Origin: Vitrella brassicaformis CCMP3155
Taxonomy: Eukaryota > Protista > Chromerida
Reading direction: 5' to 3'
DNA: 64,000 nt
Assembly: GCA_001179505.1 (NCBI GenBank)
Contig: CDMY01000264.1
Location: forward strand, 1 to 64,000
Part shown: piece after piece, positions 24,045 through 35,243 of the stretch
Position numbering within the stretch: position 1 is the first letter of the stretch
Layout: the number at the start of each line of letters is the position of its first letter
Translations under genes and position numbers: made by a program
The notes under the pieces: model-generated
What the model saw: only the letters and a program-made list of their open reading frames with translations
The model's database searches: none
What the model was told of the DNA's origin: nothing

Positions 24045-24877
24045 AGGGAGAGGGCCATGCCCGAGTGCACTCATTCACATGGCATGTATGCTGTTGGCCT
24101 GACTGATCTCAGGAGGAGAGTGTGCCAACGGGCAGGCCACCACGACTTGTGCGCCTCCAAGTGTCAACGGGACCCTGCCCGCCGGTGAGTGCTGGGAACA
24201 GCAGCATCCGTACACTGTATATATTCATTTCGTCGGCAAAACGAACGATGCGCCGCCAACAAATGCCACTTGAGAATCATCTGTGTGCACTGCCTGTGTC
24301 GTGTGTTGGTCTCGACTTCAGGTTTCGGTCAACCCGATGGCCCGGGCGGTCTGCCACTGCAGCAGGAAAGCACAGAGGCACCTGCAGGTGACTCAGGTTG
24401 ACACATGTCTGCCCACAAAGCCACCTCATGCACGCCTCTCTACGCCTGTCATCCCCCGTGTCTTGTCTGTCAGTGCATGGCAACGTCTCCGCAGGTGACG
24501 CACACACGGCCGACGAGCTGCAGCACGGCCACGCAGGTGAGTGGCAATTGGCAGCACCAGATCGGGCACCGTACATGTACTCGACTCATTCGCTTGGTTC
24601 ATGTGTACTGTCGTTCAGATGCCCCGATGCATCCTCATTCTGCCGCTGGTGAGAATTTGCCCTCAGAGGCCCCCGTCGACGCCTCTGTTCGCGTCTGTAT
24701 GTCAGCCCTTGGTGAGTGGGTGCACCGGGGAGGTGAGTGGGTGCACCGGGGAGAGTCCCTTCCGCCATCTCGGCAGTCAGCGCCACCGACAACTCAACAT
24801 ACCTCAAAGGTAGTGTCAGCCAACAGACGTCCACCCAGCTGTTTGTCGTCTCATCGCGGCCTTGCGTCTTTCTCCAG

Positions 24878-25288
24878 GTGACGACCGAAAGGGCTGGGGA
24901 GGTGACACTTGGGGAGCGGCTCCTCCTCGTCGACGAATTCAAGCAACGCAAACGGGCCGGACAGGACGTCTCGATGGTGCGGTTCGCGCATGAGAAGGGC
25001 GTCGGCGTGAGAAGCTTCGAAAGGTGGCACAGCGCGATCACGAAGCAGAGGGAGGCGGGCATGCCACTGACGGACCCGACCAAGAAGCGCAGCCGGCGGC
25101 CCAAGTACCAGGAGATTGAGGACCAGCTCGTGAACTGGATGGCCTTCCAAAGGCCATCAGCCGGTTCGACGGGTGTTTCGCCGAAGGCCGTCAGGGCCAA
25201 GGCAATGGAGATTGCCGGGCGGCTCGGAGTCGATGCCTTTTCAGCCAGCAACTCATGGATGGCAGGCTTCAAAAAACGATACCAACAG
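24878..25288 (+). mobile_element. CENP-B/pogo (Tc5) transposase-type DNA-binding region (two HTH units) present as a spliced exon, with no DDE domain seen
   Basis: TLGERLLLVDEFKQRK...FAHEKGVGVRSFERW followed by KKRSRRPKYQEIEDQLVNWMAFQR...VSPKAVRAKAMEIAGRLGVDAFSASNSWMAGFKKRY. Bounded by ctccag and gtggga splice sites. Confidence 0.85.
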
Positions 25289-25604
25289 GTGGGACGGGCA
25301 ACAGACACAGGAACATCATCTTGCGTGGACTCATTCCTGCCTTTTGCCTCATGCAGTCTGTCCAGCTCAATGGACAGCCTGCAGCTGCAGCAGCGGCCGC
25401 CGATGCAGACAGTGGCACCGACGGGATAACGGTAAGGAGCAGCACGTGAATAGCTATCATATGCTCATGCGGCGATGAACGTCTCCGTTGTGCAGATGAA
25501 GGAGGAGGAAGATTTCACACATACCAATCACCTGCCCTTCACACATACCAATCACCTGCCCGAGGTAGCTCGATGGAATGACCCCACTCTTGCATTTGGC
25601 TCCT

Positions 25605-25818
25605 GTGTCTGAGTGCATGTTTATGGTGTATGCAGGGGTGTGGTCCATGTCCTTCATCCGTGGCCCCCTTCCCAGCGTGTGGTTCCACACCGCTCGTGGC
25701 TGGCTCGGCGGCGCCGGCAACGGAGCAGCCGATCTGTCCGTTCTTCCCCGATCCCCCAGCGCCCCCGTTGCCCGGCTCACAGCAATCAGATTCGCTGGAG
25801 GGCGCGCTCATGCAGCAG
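25605..25818 (+). repeat. Intron-end plus exon duplication, copy 1 (copy 2 at 28296-28530)
   Basis: Near-identical gtgtctgagtgcatgtttatggtgtatgcaggggtgtggtccatg...cagccgat. Homology resumes at ggctcaca(g/a)caatcaga...catgcagcag. Confidence 0.9.
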
Positions 25819-26844
25819 ACGCCAGCACCGGCGGCACCGGCGGCACCGGCGCAGTCACACCACACAGCCAGCTTCGGTGCCGAGTTCGCGACTGCAGCGG
25901 CGCCTGCTGCAGCTGCTCCAGCCTCCCCAGAGCAGACGTACAACACTCATCGATTTAACGAGCCTCGCAAACGGCCTGCGTCGTCGACCAACAGACAGGT
26001 ACGTCCACGCACAGCCAGCGACAGTGCTTATCTGGTGCTTATCTGGTGCTAATCTGCAGTCAAGTATGGGAGCGCCTGAGGGTCAGCCGGCTGCGGCCGC
26101 TGCAGACGTCGAGACATCAGATGTGCACATGGGAGGGGAGGGCGACGCAGGCAGGGGATCGAAGCCCTCAGGGGGCAACACAATGAGCGTAAGCACTAAA
26201 CGTGAACGGTCGCTTTAGTGCTGTTCACGTTTTAGTGCTGTTCACGTCTGCTCATTCAGATGGTGCAGTCAACCGCTCAAATAGAGCCACCAATGAAGAT
26301 CCATAGGGACGATACCCGCAGCCATCGAGAGGCGCGGCCGTCTGTGGTGAGCGGACTGCAATGAGACGGACAAACAAACAGGAACATTGCTGTTGCCTCT
26401 GATGTGTGCAGGTTTTGTTTGATCCGTTGGTCAAGTCTGCAGCCACTGTCGACGATCGCCTCAGTGCCGTACAAGAGGTGTGCATTGAAAAAGGAACAGC
26501 AGTGGCTACCGCCTGCTTGCTGAACCTACGGGCTCCTACTGTCCTTTGCTGCCTGTTGTTCCCCCGAGCAGGTTGCCTTGACTGTCGATGACCATCTGAG
26601 TTCCCTGCTACAGGTGAGCATCGCCAGAGGCAAGAAGACCTGTCATGCTGAATCCGCCGTGTGCTATCAGGATGAGGATGATGGCACCCTTTTGCCTGAG
26701 GGTACGGCTCCTGAGACCGTATCGACTGGCAGCCCGACGAACGAGGGCGACAGGGACACTCCACAGCAAACACACGTATGGAGACCCACACAGCGAGTCA
26801 AGTGGATATCTGATGGCTGCTTGTGTATCGTATGTTGCCTGCAG

Positions 26845-28262
26845 GTGATTGCCGACAGCAGTCTGAGTGCGGATGAGTGGATTTCGCTGCGCAATTGTCT
26901 CATACAGTATCTTGAGCGAGCAGGGCCGACACAACAAGACAGCCCGACTCGCCTGAGGGAGCTGAGGTGTCAACTGCCTGCCCTCCGGGCCCTGCTCCTC
27001 TATGCACTGACATCGCTATACGAAGACCAGGTGAGACAGACGCTCAGGCAGACAAACAGGGAGGTTGAAGGCAGGTCGGATCAGGCAGTGATCACACAGA
27101 CAGGAAGACGGGGAGACAGATGGAGGGAGGGAGGGAGGGAGGGAGAGAGAGAGGGAGGGACACGCAGACAAGCAGGCGGATAGACAGATCGACCAACGAT
27201 GAAGCTTTCGGATTGGAGTCTCATGTTTGGCGCTGTCTCTGTGTGTGACGTGCTTGCCCACCCGCCCATCGATCAGATCCATCCCTTCTTCTGTGACATC
27301 GAGCGGCGTCTGCAGGAGCTGCAGGCGCCGCCAGTGGTGGAGAAGCACTTCCTCGCCCTCTACTCACTCATGCCTGCCGTCTACGAAGTCACACCCGCAC
27401 CACACGACAACACCGCCACCACACGCGACAGCCCTTTCGTGCGGCCCTTTCCCTTCCCGTCGCCGTCCACGCGTGTGTATTTGCGGAGCGAGCACATTCC
27501 GTGTGGGTTCAGGGGCTGGGTGGACCAGAAATCGAGTGTCAACCCGTACCCCGAGCGTGTGTGGCGGCAGCTGTCAGACTACCTGTGTGCGCTCTTGCGG
27601 GACGGGGGCTGCGGCAGGGGCGAGGCCACGGGCGAGCTCGCCTACCAGTTCAAAGGCGGCAGATACGGAATGGCCATGGAACTCAAAAAGAGGTCACTCC
27701 ACTGGACCAAGTAAGCACCAAACAAAGGCAGGAGGAAGACACATGGGCCCAGCAACACACCTGTGTCTGTTCTGGTGTGTGTGTGTTGTCACGGCTGTTC
27801 AGTGAGTGGACGTTGGGTGAGATGTGCCACATAGTGCAGCTGGCCATCACCAAAGGCCTCCTGGCCTACGAGAACAACATCCTCCAGCCGGTCGCCGTGT
27901 GCAAGGGCATCGCGTCCGCCGTCCTCGAGGTCACTCCACGCACACAGGCCCAGCCCACCTCGCCCACCACACCCACCTCGCCCGGGTTCCCATCCACCAC
28001 CATCACCACCAGCGATTGCCTGGCGGACGAGTGCGATGGCCGCGGTGGCAGGGGCGGCGGGGCGGCGTGCCTGAAGGATGTCGAGTTGGCCAAGGAGTGC
28101 ATCAGCATCTCGCAGGGCATACTACGCAGGCAATTCAAACGACGAGTCAAAGTGGACGAGGTGTGTCGCGTGTACAAGAACAGGGACAACAGAGTCACCA
28201 TCCACGCCACTAACTACATTCCCGAACCGGGAATGGAACCACTCACACCACTCACAGCACGG
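26845..28262 (+). CDS. Exons encoding an OST-HTH/LOTUS-associated (OHA-like) region
   Basis: YPERVWRQLSDYL...FKGGRYGMAMELKKR spliced to EWTLGEMCHIVQLAITKGLLAY resembles the OHA motif of alveolate OST-HTH proteins. Upstream helical exons include LRELRCQLP and KLSDWSLMFG. Confidence 0.65.
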
Positions 28263-28295
28263 GTACGTCACATCAATGACGGGTCTTGCGCTCTC

Positions 28296-28530
28296 GTGTC
28301 TGAGTGCATGTTTATGGTGTATGCAGGGGTGTGGTCCATGTCCTTCATCTGTGGCCCCCTTCCCAGCGTGCGGTTCCACACCGCTCGTGGCTGGCTCGGC
28401 GGCGCCGGCAACGGAGCAGCCGATTTATCCGCCCCACCGCCGTCTCTCAGCGGACCCGCACTCAACGCTGCTCACCCCGTCGCTCGGCTCACAACAATCA
28501 GATCCGCTGGAAGGGGCAGGCATGCAGCAG
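28296..28530 (+). repeat. Intron-end plus exon duplication, copy 2
   Basis: Matches 25605-25818 with an internal diverged or inserted segment. Confidence 0.9.
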
Positions 28531-29288
28531 CCACCAGGGGCAGGAGTGCTGTTTACTGCTCAGGTACATAGCACCGCCAGCAACAGCGACAGTCTCAAGG
28601 AAACAGAGATATGTCTTGCCTGTCCTGCAGGAGCAAATGCATGACGAAGACGCTGCGGATATGGTAGATGGATCTTTCGTCAGCCGACAGGTAGAGGCCA
28701 GGACTGTTCTATCCCAGCAAACACATAGGGACGAAGCATCGTCATGACATCTGCTTCTCCTTGCCTGAGCAGGATCGTCCTGCCCTTTGTGGACATAGCA
28801 GCGGGGGACAGGTACAGGCATCTTGATCAATGTGACGTTCGTGCACTTCCTTGCTCTATGTCTCTGTAGGTTTGCCCCGTATCATCTGAGCAAATGGTAG
28901 GAGGGATGCTCTGTCACGTTGAGAGCGCGCATGTGATGCTTTCTCAGTCCATGGCGGCGAGCACGGCATGGTCTTGGCGGCCACCAGACCCACCCTTCTG
29001 CTTCCTGGACCATCCACCACTAGCACTGGTTCGACACCATGAGTCCTCTCAGATCCCCATGCCTTTGTGGACATTCATGCTGTCTTGCAGGAACCGAGGT
29101 GTGGGGATCCTCCATCTCCGATGTGTGGGGATCCTCCATCTCCATCCGCATACCGGACACGCTCGTTGACATCAGGTGAATGAAGGAGCAAAGCACACGG
29201 ACAGATCCAAACGGGTGCACTGTGCATGAAATGGCTCGTCCTGCGTGTGTTCCTACAGGTGCTTGGCCCATTTTCACAAGGTTGTCAG

Positions 29289-29785
29289 TTCTGTTTGCTC
29301 TTCGCCACCATTGGAACACGATCGAGCTCGACCGCATCCGCTGTCCTTCACTGGCCGACCCAAGGGACACGTCCGCCCCGGCAGAGGACCGGCACGTATG
29401 GCTGACCGCGGCCAGTGCCGAGAGCATCATGGGTGCGGAAGGCTGGGACATCAGCCTGCTGCCGGCTGCCATCGACGCGGACGCCCGCAGGCTGCCGTTG
29501 CGCCACCTCTACCGCCTTCAAGTGTTCCGCAAGCCGGCCAAGTACCTGTACGAGAGAGCGACTAAGTACGACGACCAGTGCTCCGTCCGTGTGTATCGGG
29601 GAGGGCAGCTGGTCGAGGCGATACGCTATGTCCCGGTTGGGAAGGGTGACGACGACAAGCGGTGCGCCACATGTGTGATGCCGCGTGATGGTGGGGGCGT
29701 ATGCGGCAGGCATACCCTCCCCCAGAACATGGTCATTGTTCACCTGCAAAGGACACACGGACGGAAACTCCTGACTGAGGCACAG
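29289..29785 (+). CDS. Exon ending in a C2H2/BED-like zinc finger
   Basis: Open exon between gtcag and gtgagc, ending KRCATCVMPRDGGGVCGRHTLPQNMVIVHLQRTHG. Confidence 0.55.
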
Positions 29786-30460
29786 GTGAGCAGCAGAGCG
29801 ACACCTTCACGGTTTTCACTCACGTCTGTATTGGTGTATGCAGGGTCTTCATGCGCCTTCTGGGCCATGCGTGGATGATGGTCGCCCTAACGATTGTGCA
29901 TCCATCGGCAGCAGTCCCGAGCCGGTAAGTGGACGGCCCACACGGTCGCATCCCACCACGCGGTGCATGTCCTTGTGCTCAGGCCGTGACAAACAATCAG
30001 CAGCCACGAAGAGACGGGGAAGAATCCACTTCATCGCCTTATGTGGATGCCACCGGCATCCCCACACCATTCGACCGGCCCCTGGCAGTGTCCACGCTTA
30101 TTGCCGGAGGCGAACCACCGGCAGAACAGTCAGTGGCTGCCGGTGGCCCAGTGACACATGATGGACCGTTTTGCCCGGTGAGAAAGCTGACACCTGCACC
30201 AACTCATGTACCTATGGTCATCTACGCCTGAGTTTGCCAGATGCAGGAAGTCGTCCCGTGGCCACCGTCCCTTCCCTCTTCTCAGCGGCCAGACGAGGTC
30301 CCGTGGGCGGACGAGACCTTGGTGGACTCGTTCTTTCTCCCCAAGCAGAATGAAGAGCGATTCGACGCACAGGTAGGTGGGGAGCTGTGGCCATCGACGC
30401 CCAAACCACTCACACGTCGTGGTGCCTGTTGCGGGACAGATCTGTCGCTCGATTGGCGCC

Positions 30461-33197
30461 ATGGCGGCTGTCGCTTCGTCATCCTCCGCCGCTGGGTCTC
30501 GGCCGCAGACGCCGGTCAGTCAAGACAGCACACGTATATCATTGCGTATTGCGCATTCGTTTCAGCAGCTTTTGTCCCGCCGTGGCCCTCAGTGTTACGA
30601 GGAGGGCACTCGTGTGTGGATGGTGTCGACTGTCGCGAAGAGGGGCATGGCGCTGGCCGAGGTGTATCGCGTGCAGCCGACCGAGGGAGGGACGGTGGTC
30701 TACATGAGGGAGGTCGGCGGCACGGAGCTGTTCCAGAAGGTCGTGCCGCACAATCAGACCCAGACACCACCGTATCAGCAACTGGTACCCACACCCAGCA
30801 GACACGCACTTTACAGCAGTCAGGCGCAGAGAGGAGAGCTTGGGGTGTGTGGTCAGGGGCCTGATGGCGACGGCAAGTTGTTTCGGTGCACTCATCGAGA
30901 GGGCGTTGTGAATTCGGGCGAGACCAACGCCGGAGCGCAGCCCTCCAAGAGCGTAAGCACACACGCACACACACACACACACACATGGACCAGCCCATGT
31001 CTGCGTCTGTCTGTCCAGGTGTGTGTTGGTGACGGCAACAAGCGAGCACGTGTGGCTGCCAACCCGGCTGCTGCTGCTGGGGGTGCTGTGGAGGACGGCG
31101 ATGCAGAGCAGCAACAGCGCATAGAAACGGTGAGACCAGCCAGAGGGATCTGCGGTGAATGGCTGACAGACACACTCATTCCTCCCTCTGTCTGTGTGTG
31201 TGTTCTGCAGATTTGTTCGTTGGTGATGGAGTTCCTTCCCCTTCATGTGCTCATCCCCCTCTCCCTGTGGCTGGCCAAGAGCACCAAGCAGATGTGGGAA
31301 CAAGTGGGCCCAGCCACACACGGCTCTTCATCGACTGCGCCACCAAGGACGACGAGCACTGCTGGCGATCGCCGACCGAGGGCCGCACCTTTTGGCAGCG
31401 GATCCCTCTCGATTACATCAAGCGGATAGCGGCACGGCTCACCGGCCTCACTCACATCGCCCTCTGCCACCCTGGGCGCCACCCCATGTGGTGCCTTGAC
31501 GTGTTGGTGACCATCATCGAGGCCACAGCCGCCCCGCCCGCCCCCACTCAGCCTCCCCCCAACACCGACCAGCCCGACAGACAGGGAGACGCTGCCGCCA
31601 CCCAGAGGCCCTCTGAGATGCGACAGTCGGCCAGCCGGCTGGAGACCTTCGCATTCGAAGAGGTGCAGCTGAGTGCAACGGAGGAACAGCAGCTGGAGCG
31701 AAAGCGTCACCCTCTCCCTCCTCGACCTACCGAGCCCCTCACCCTCCCCTCACTCAAGGCCGTCACCGGAGCCGTCCGAGAGCATCCTGTGCTGGCCGAC
31801 AGGGGGTGGCGGATGTCATCACTCGAGACAGTGGATCAGGAGGGGTGGGATGCCTACTCGCTGGGCCGGTTCATCAGGTCGTCACGGTGTCTGCGGCGCG
31901 TGGGCGGCCATCTGCCGGGTGAGCAGTGGGCCACGGTGTTGGATCACATCCCGATGGCAGACGAGAAGCAGCAGGAGCCGCTCCGGCAGCTGCAGAGCGT
32001 CGGCACCATCGAGCTGGGCGGCAATCCTCATGAGGCCCGTGCAGCGGTGGACAGACTGCAGGTACGCAGCCAGTACGAGATGCACGTGCCAGACGGGTCT
32101 TGACGGTGATCTCACCATATGTGTGTGCTGTTGCTGTGTATAGGCTGCACTCACGTCACGTGGGTGCCGCTGCTCGCTTTCTGAGCTGGTTGTGGCGCTG
32201 GACTTTAACGATATCGACAGCAGCGTCCTTCCCCTGTTGCAGTCCCTCGCCTCTCTGCACAGCTCGTGCTGCCGACCCGATGCCGAAATCGTCTTCGAGG
32301 CGACAAGCATCAGAAGTCTGGACCTGTCGCTGTTCTATAGCGAGGATTTTCCCATCAACCCCTCCCGCCTCTTCAAGATGGCCATCCAGACGGCCGCACG
32401 GAAGGCAGACGGGGTGAGATATGCCATCAGCCAGCATGACCTCACCCACCCCGTCGACAACCCCATAGAGACGGCCATCGAGATCGCCAAGACGCTCTCA
32501 TTTGACAACGTCACGGCCGTGCGGGTCTGCAATGCCTTCAGCTCTGTCCCCCCTCCAGGCACCCCCTCTCCCCGCCCCGCCATCATCAACCACCTGCAGC
32601 CCTTCCCAGGGGCCCGATCACTCGATATTGTCAGCGCTGTGGGCGGTGCTGCAGGTCGGCTGTTGGCCCAGAAGATGCCCAGGGGTGTGGGGGTGGTGTG
32701 GTTCGAGCCACCTGTGAGTGGAGAGGACAGACGGGGCGTGTTGGAAGGGCTGGGGGAAGAGAGAGAGGTGGGCAGAGTTTCTGTGAGCCCATTTAATGCG
32801 GTGAGCCTCACTGAGGATCCATTCGACGGCTGGCGATCGGACAGCTTCCCATCGATTGGCGACATAAGCATGGTGTTGTCAGGTATGCAATGCATTGCAG
32901 GAGACTGCTGGATGGCTGAGCGCATGTGTGTGTGTGTGTGTGTGTTGTCACTCAGTGCCCGACGATCTGGAGCCCTCTTCTGCTGCCGAGCGTATCCGCG
33001 ATGGCATGTCATCCATCGTGGGCGGCGGCGTGCGGGGCCTGCGGAGTTTGACGGTGCACGTTCGTGGTAACGGGGCCGTTCGCTCTGCCATTGAGCAGCT
33101 GCTCTGCACACACACGTGCACAGAGGTCGGCAGCAACTTCATCACCACACGCCACAGAGGATCGACAATTGAGGTGACTGCAAGGCGCCGCTCTTAA
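30461..33197 (+). CDS. Member of a lineage-specific expanded hypothetical family (F-box-like helix followed by a degenerate repeat region), with a probable 1-nt frameshift
   Basis: ATG at 30461. ICSLVMEFLPLHVLI; FWQRIPLDYIKRIAARLTGLTHI; LTLPSLKAVTG...LADRGWRMSSLETVDQEGW; final exon ends RRRS-TAA at 33197. Frame switch near 31315 (GPA to HTRLFID). Confidence 0.7.
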
Positions 33198-34336
33198 GGA
33201 GGTGAGTGGAAGGAGACGGAGCAATGCAGCCATTGCGCCTGTGCTGTGTGTGTCTTCCAGGCTGTCTGTCGAGTGCACACAAGAAGACAAAACCGTACGC
33301 AGCGTTGCTGCCAACGCTGGTTTGACGCCTGGATGGATGGATGGTTTGCCGCATCTGCTGTGCGTGTCGCCTGATGCGGTCCGTCCCCCACACACCCTCG
33401 CGTTATGGGCTAAGCGTGCGTGTGTGGGGTCTTGACTGGGGTCCCTTGACAGAGACAGCTATTGGGAGAGAGAGGCAGGCATGCAGGCAGGTGTGTGTGC
33501 ATGGGAGAAGTGCTTGGGAGTTCCCAACATGCAGCGAAAACTGAATCCTGCCATCTCGTGTGTGTGTGTGTGTGTGTTTGTGTGTGTGTCTACACGTAGC
33601 TGGTGACTGGATTGATGGACAGATAAATGAATGGACGCCTTTTGTCGATTAATCGATGCGCACTGCACTGCAGCACATGTGCGTCTATCGATGCGTGACA
33701 CTTATGTGGGTTGCGTCGCAAGTTGGAGCAGCGCGCGGCCAAGCTCAGAGCACTCCCTGTTCTTGCCGACCAATGCTCCCTGCATGTTGGTCGGTGTTGT
33801 TTGTCAGCATCGCGTGATAGCGGCAGTTATGAATGGGCGGGTGAGCGAGATGTCACCAAGGCCGGCTGTGGCAGAGGGCATTGGGATGAGCTGCAGGGCA
33901 TTGTGGATGCTGCACATGCATGTGATCAGTGCTAAATGCGATCCAGATCCTTTCAAATGATTGGCAACATCACACAAGCGTCCCTCGTCCTGTGACATGC
34001 TGTGTGTGCCTTTCCGTTTCCTTGTTCGCTCACGTGTATGCAATGCACTTATACGTACGTACGTACAGCATGTATGTATAAATGTTACATGCATGCAAAC
34101 AGTCAGCAATCGGGAGAGCAAACTTATCCCCATCTGCCGATACCCACCTATCCATCTTATCCGTCCATAAGGAGCTGAATGCGATGTCCACACTGCACAA
34201 CACACACACACACACACACACACACATGAACATGCACGTGCTCACTAAAGGAAGCAATGACAGCTCCAGCACCGGATGCAGGCGCTTTCCATCCATATCA
34301 ACACCATGCAGGCAGCACATTTGTCTCATTCAGACG

Positions 34337-34588
34337 TCAATCGTCTTCCAGTGCCTGCATAGCCTCATCAGGCACCAGGCCACTAAGATCCACCCCATCC
34401 AGCGGCCCTCGTCGATGTGCCAGGGCAGAGACGGTCGTGTTGCACATGACGCACGAGCTGGGGCAGGCGTCCATCAGCCTCGTGCAGTCCGCCACTCCTT
34501 CGGGCAACGGCCGGTGCCACAACTCCGCCAGCGTCGCCAGCCTTCGGACATACACACGCACACACATAGACAAATGGACTACACACCA

Positions 34589-34622
<34 letters not shown>

Positions 34623-35162
34623 GAGCAGACCTGATGGCGCAGTCGTGTTTCTTCGTTTTCGCTGCCCAGATGAGCAGTTTACAGTTCTTGCCATGTGCCT
34701 TCACCTCCGGCGAGTCCTGGCAGGGGTGAATGGCGGGGTCGTGGAACTTTCCTGAGGGACACGTGTCGGGCGACGTGGCTGCAGGCAGGAAGGCAACACG
34801 CACAGACGGGCAGACAGGCAGAGAATGTCCACGTGCGTGTGCCACAATGTGTGTTTGCAGAGAGGCGGCTCACAGCAGGCCTTGTCCTCCGGGCAGCCGT
34901 GGCTCTTGCACTGTGCGTCACACACGTCGTCTGCTTGGTATGTACTCGGGCACCAGGCGGACTCGCACACGGCGGCCTCCTGAAGATGACGCGTCACCAA
35001 ATCGATGCTGCTGCTGCCTCTGCCTGGCCGCCCGCCTGCACGCCGCACCAACACACAGAAACGGACCTCTGTGGTCATCTCGTCTTTTGGTGTGTTACCT
35101 TGCGATAGTGTCGCCACGCAGCCCAGGAGCACCCCAACGAAAGCTATACGTCCGCACACCAT
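34337..35162 (-). CDS. Small secreted cysteine-rich protein with an LNR (Lin-12/Notch)-like repeat and a ShK-like domain
   Basis: Four exons join in phase through GT-AG introns: MVCGRIAFVGVLLGCVATLSQG (signal)...CESAWCPSTYQADDVCDAQCKSHGCPEDKAC...CQDSPEVKAHGKNCKLL...HDCAIRRL...CTRLMDACPSSCVMC...EDD-TGA. Confidence 0.78.
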
Positions 35163-35243
35163 TGCAGAGCGAAATAGAAAGACTTTCTCAACGGCCGCTC
35201 TCACCCTGTTGACGTGCGAGCTTCTTAACGTCAGTTTTTGGCG

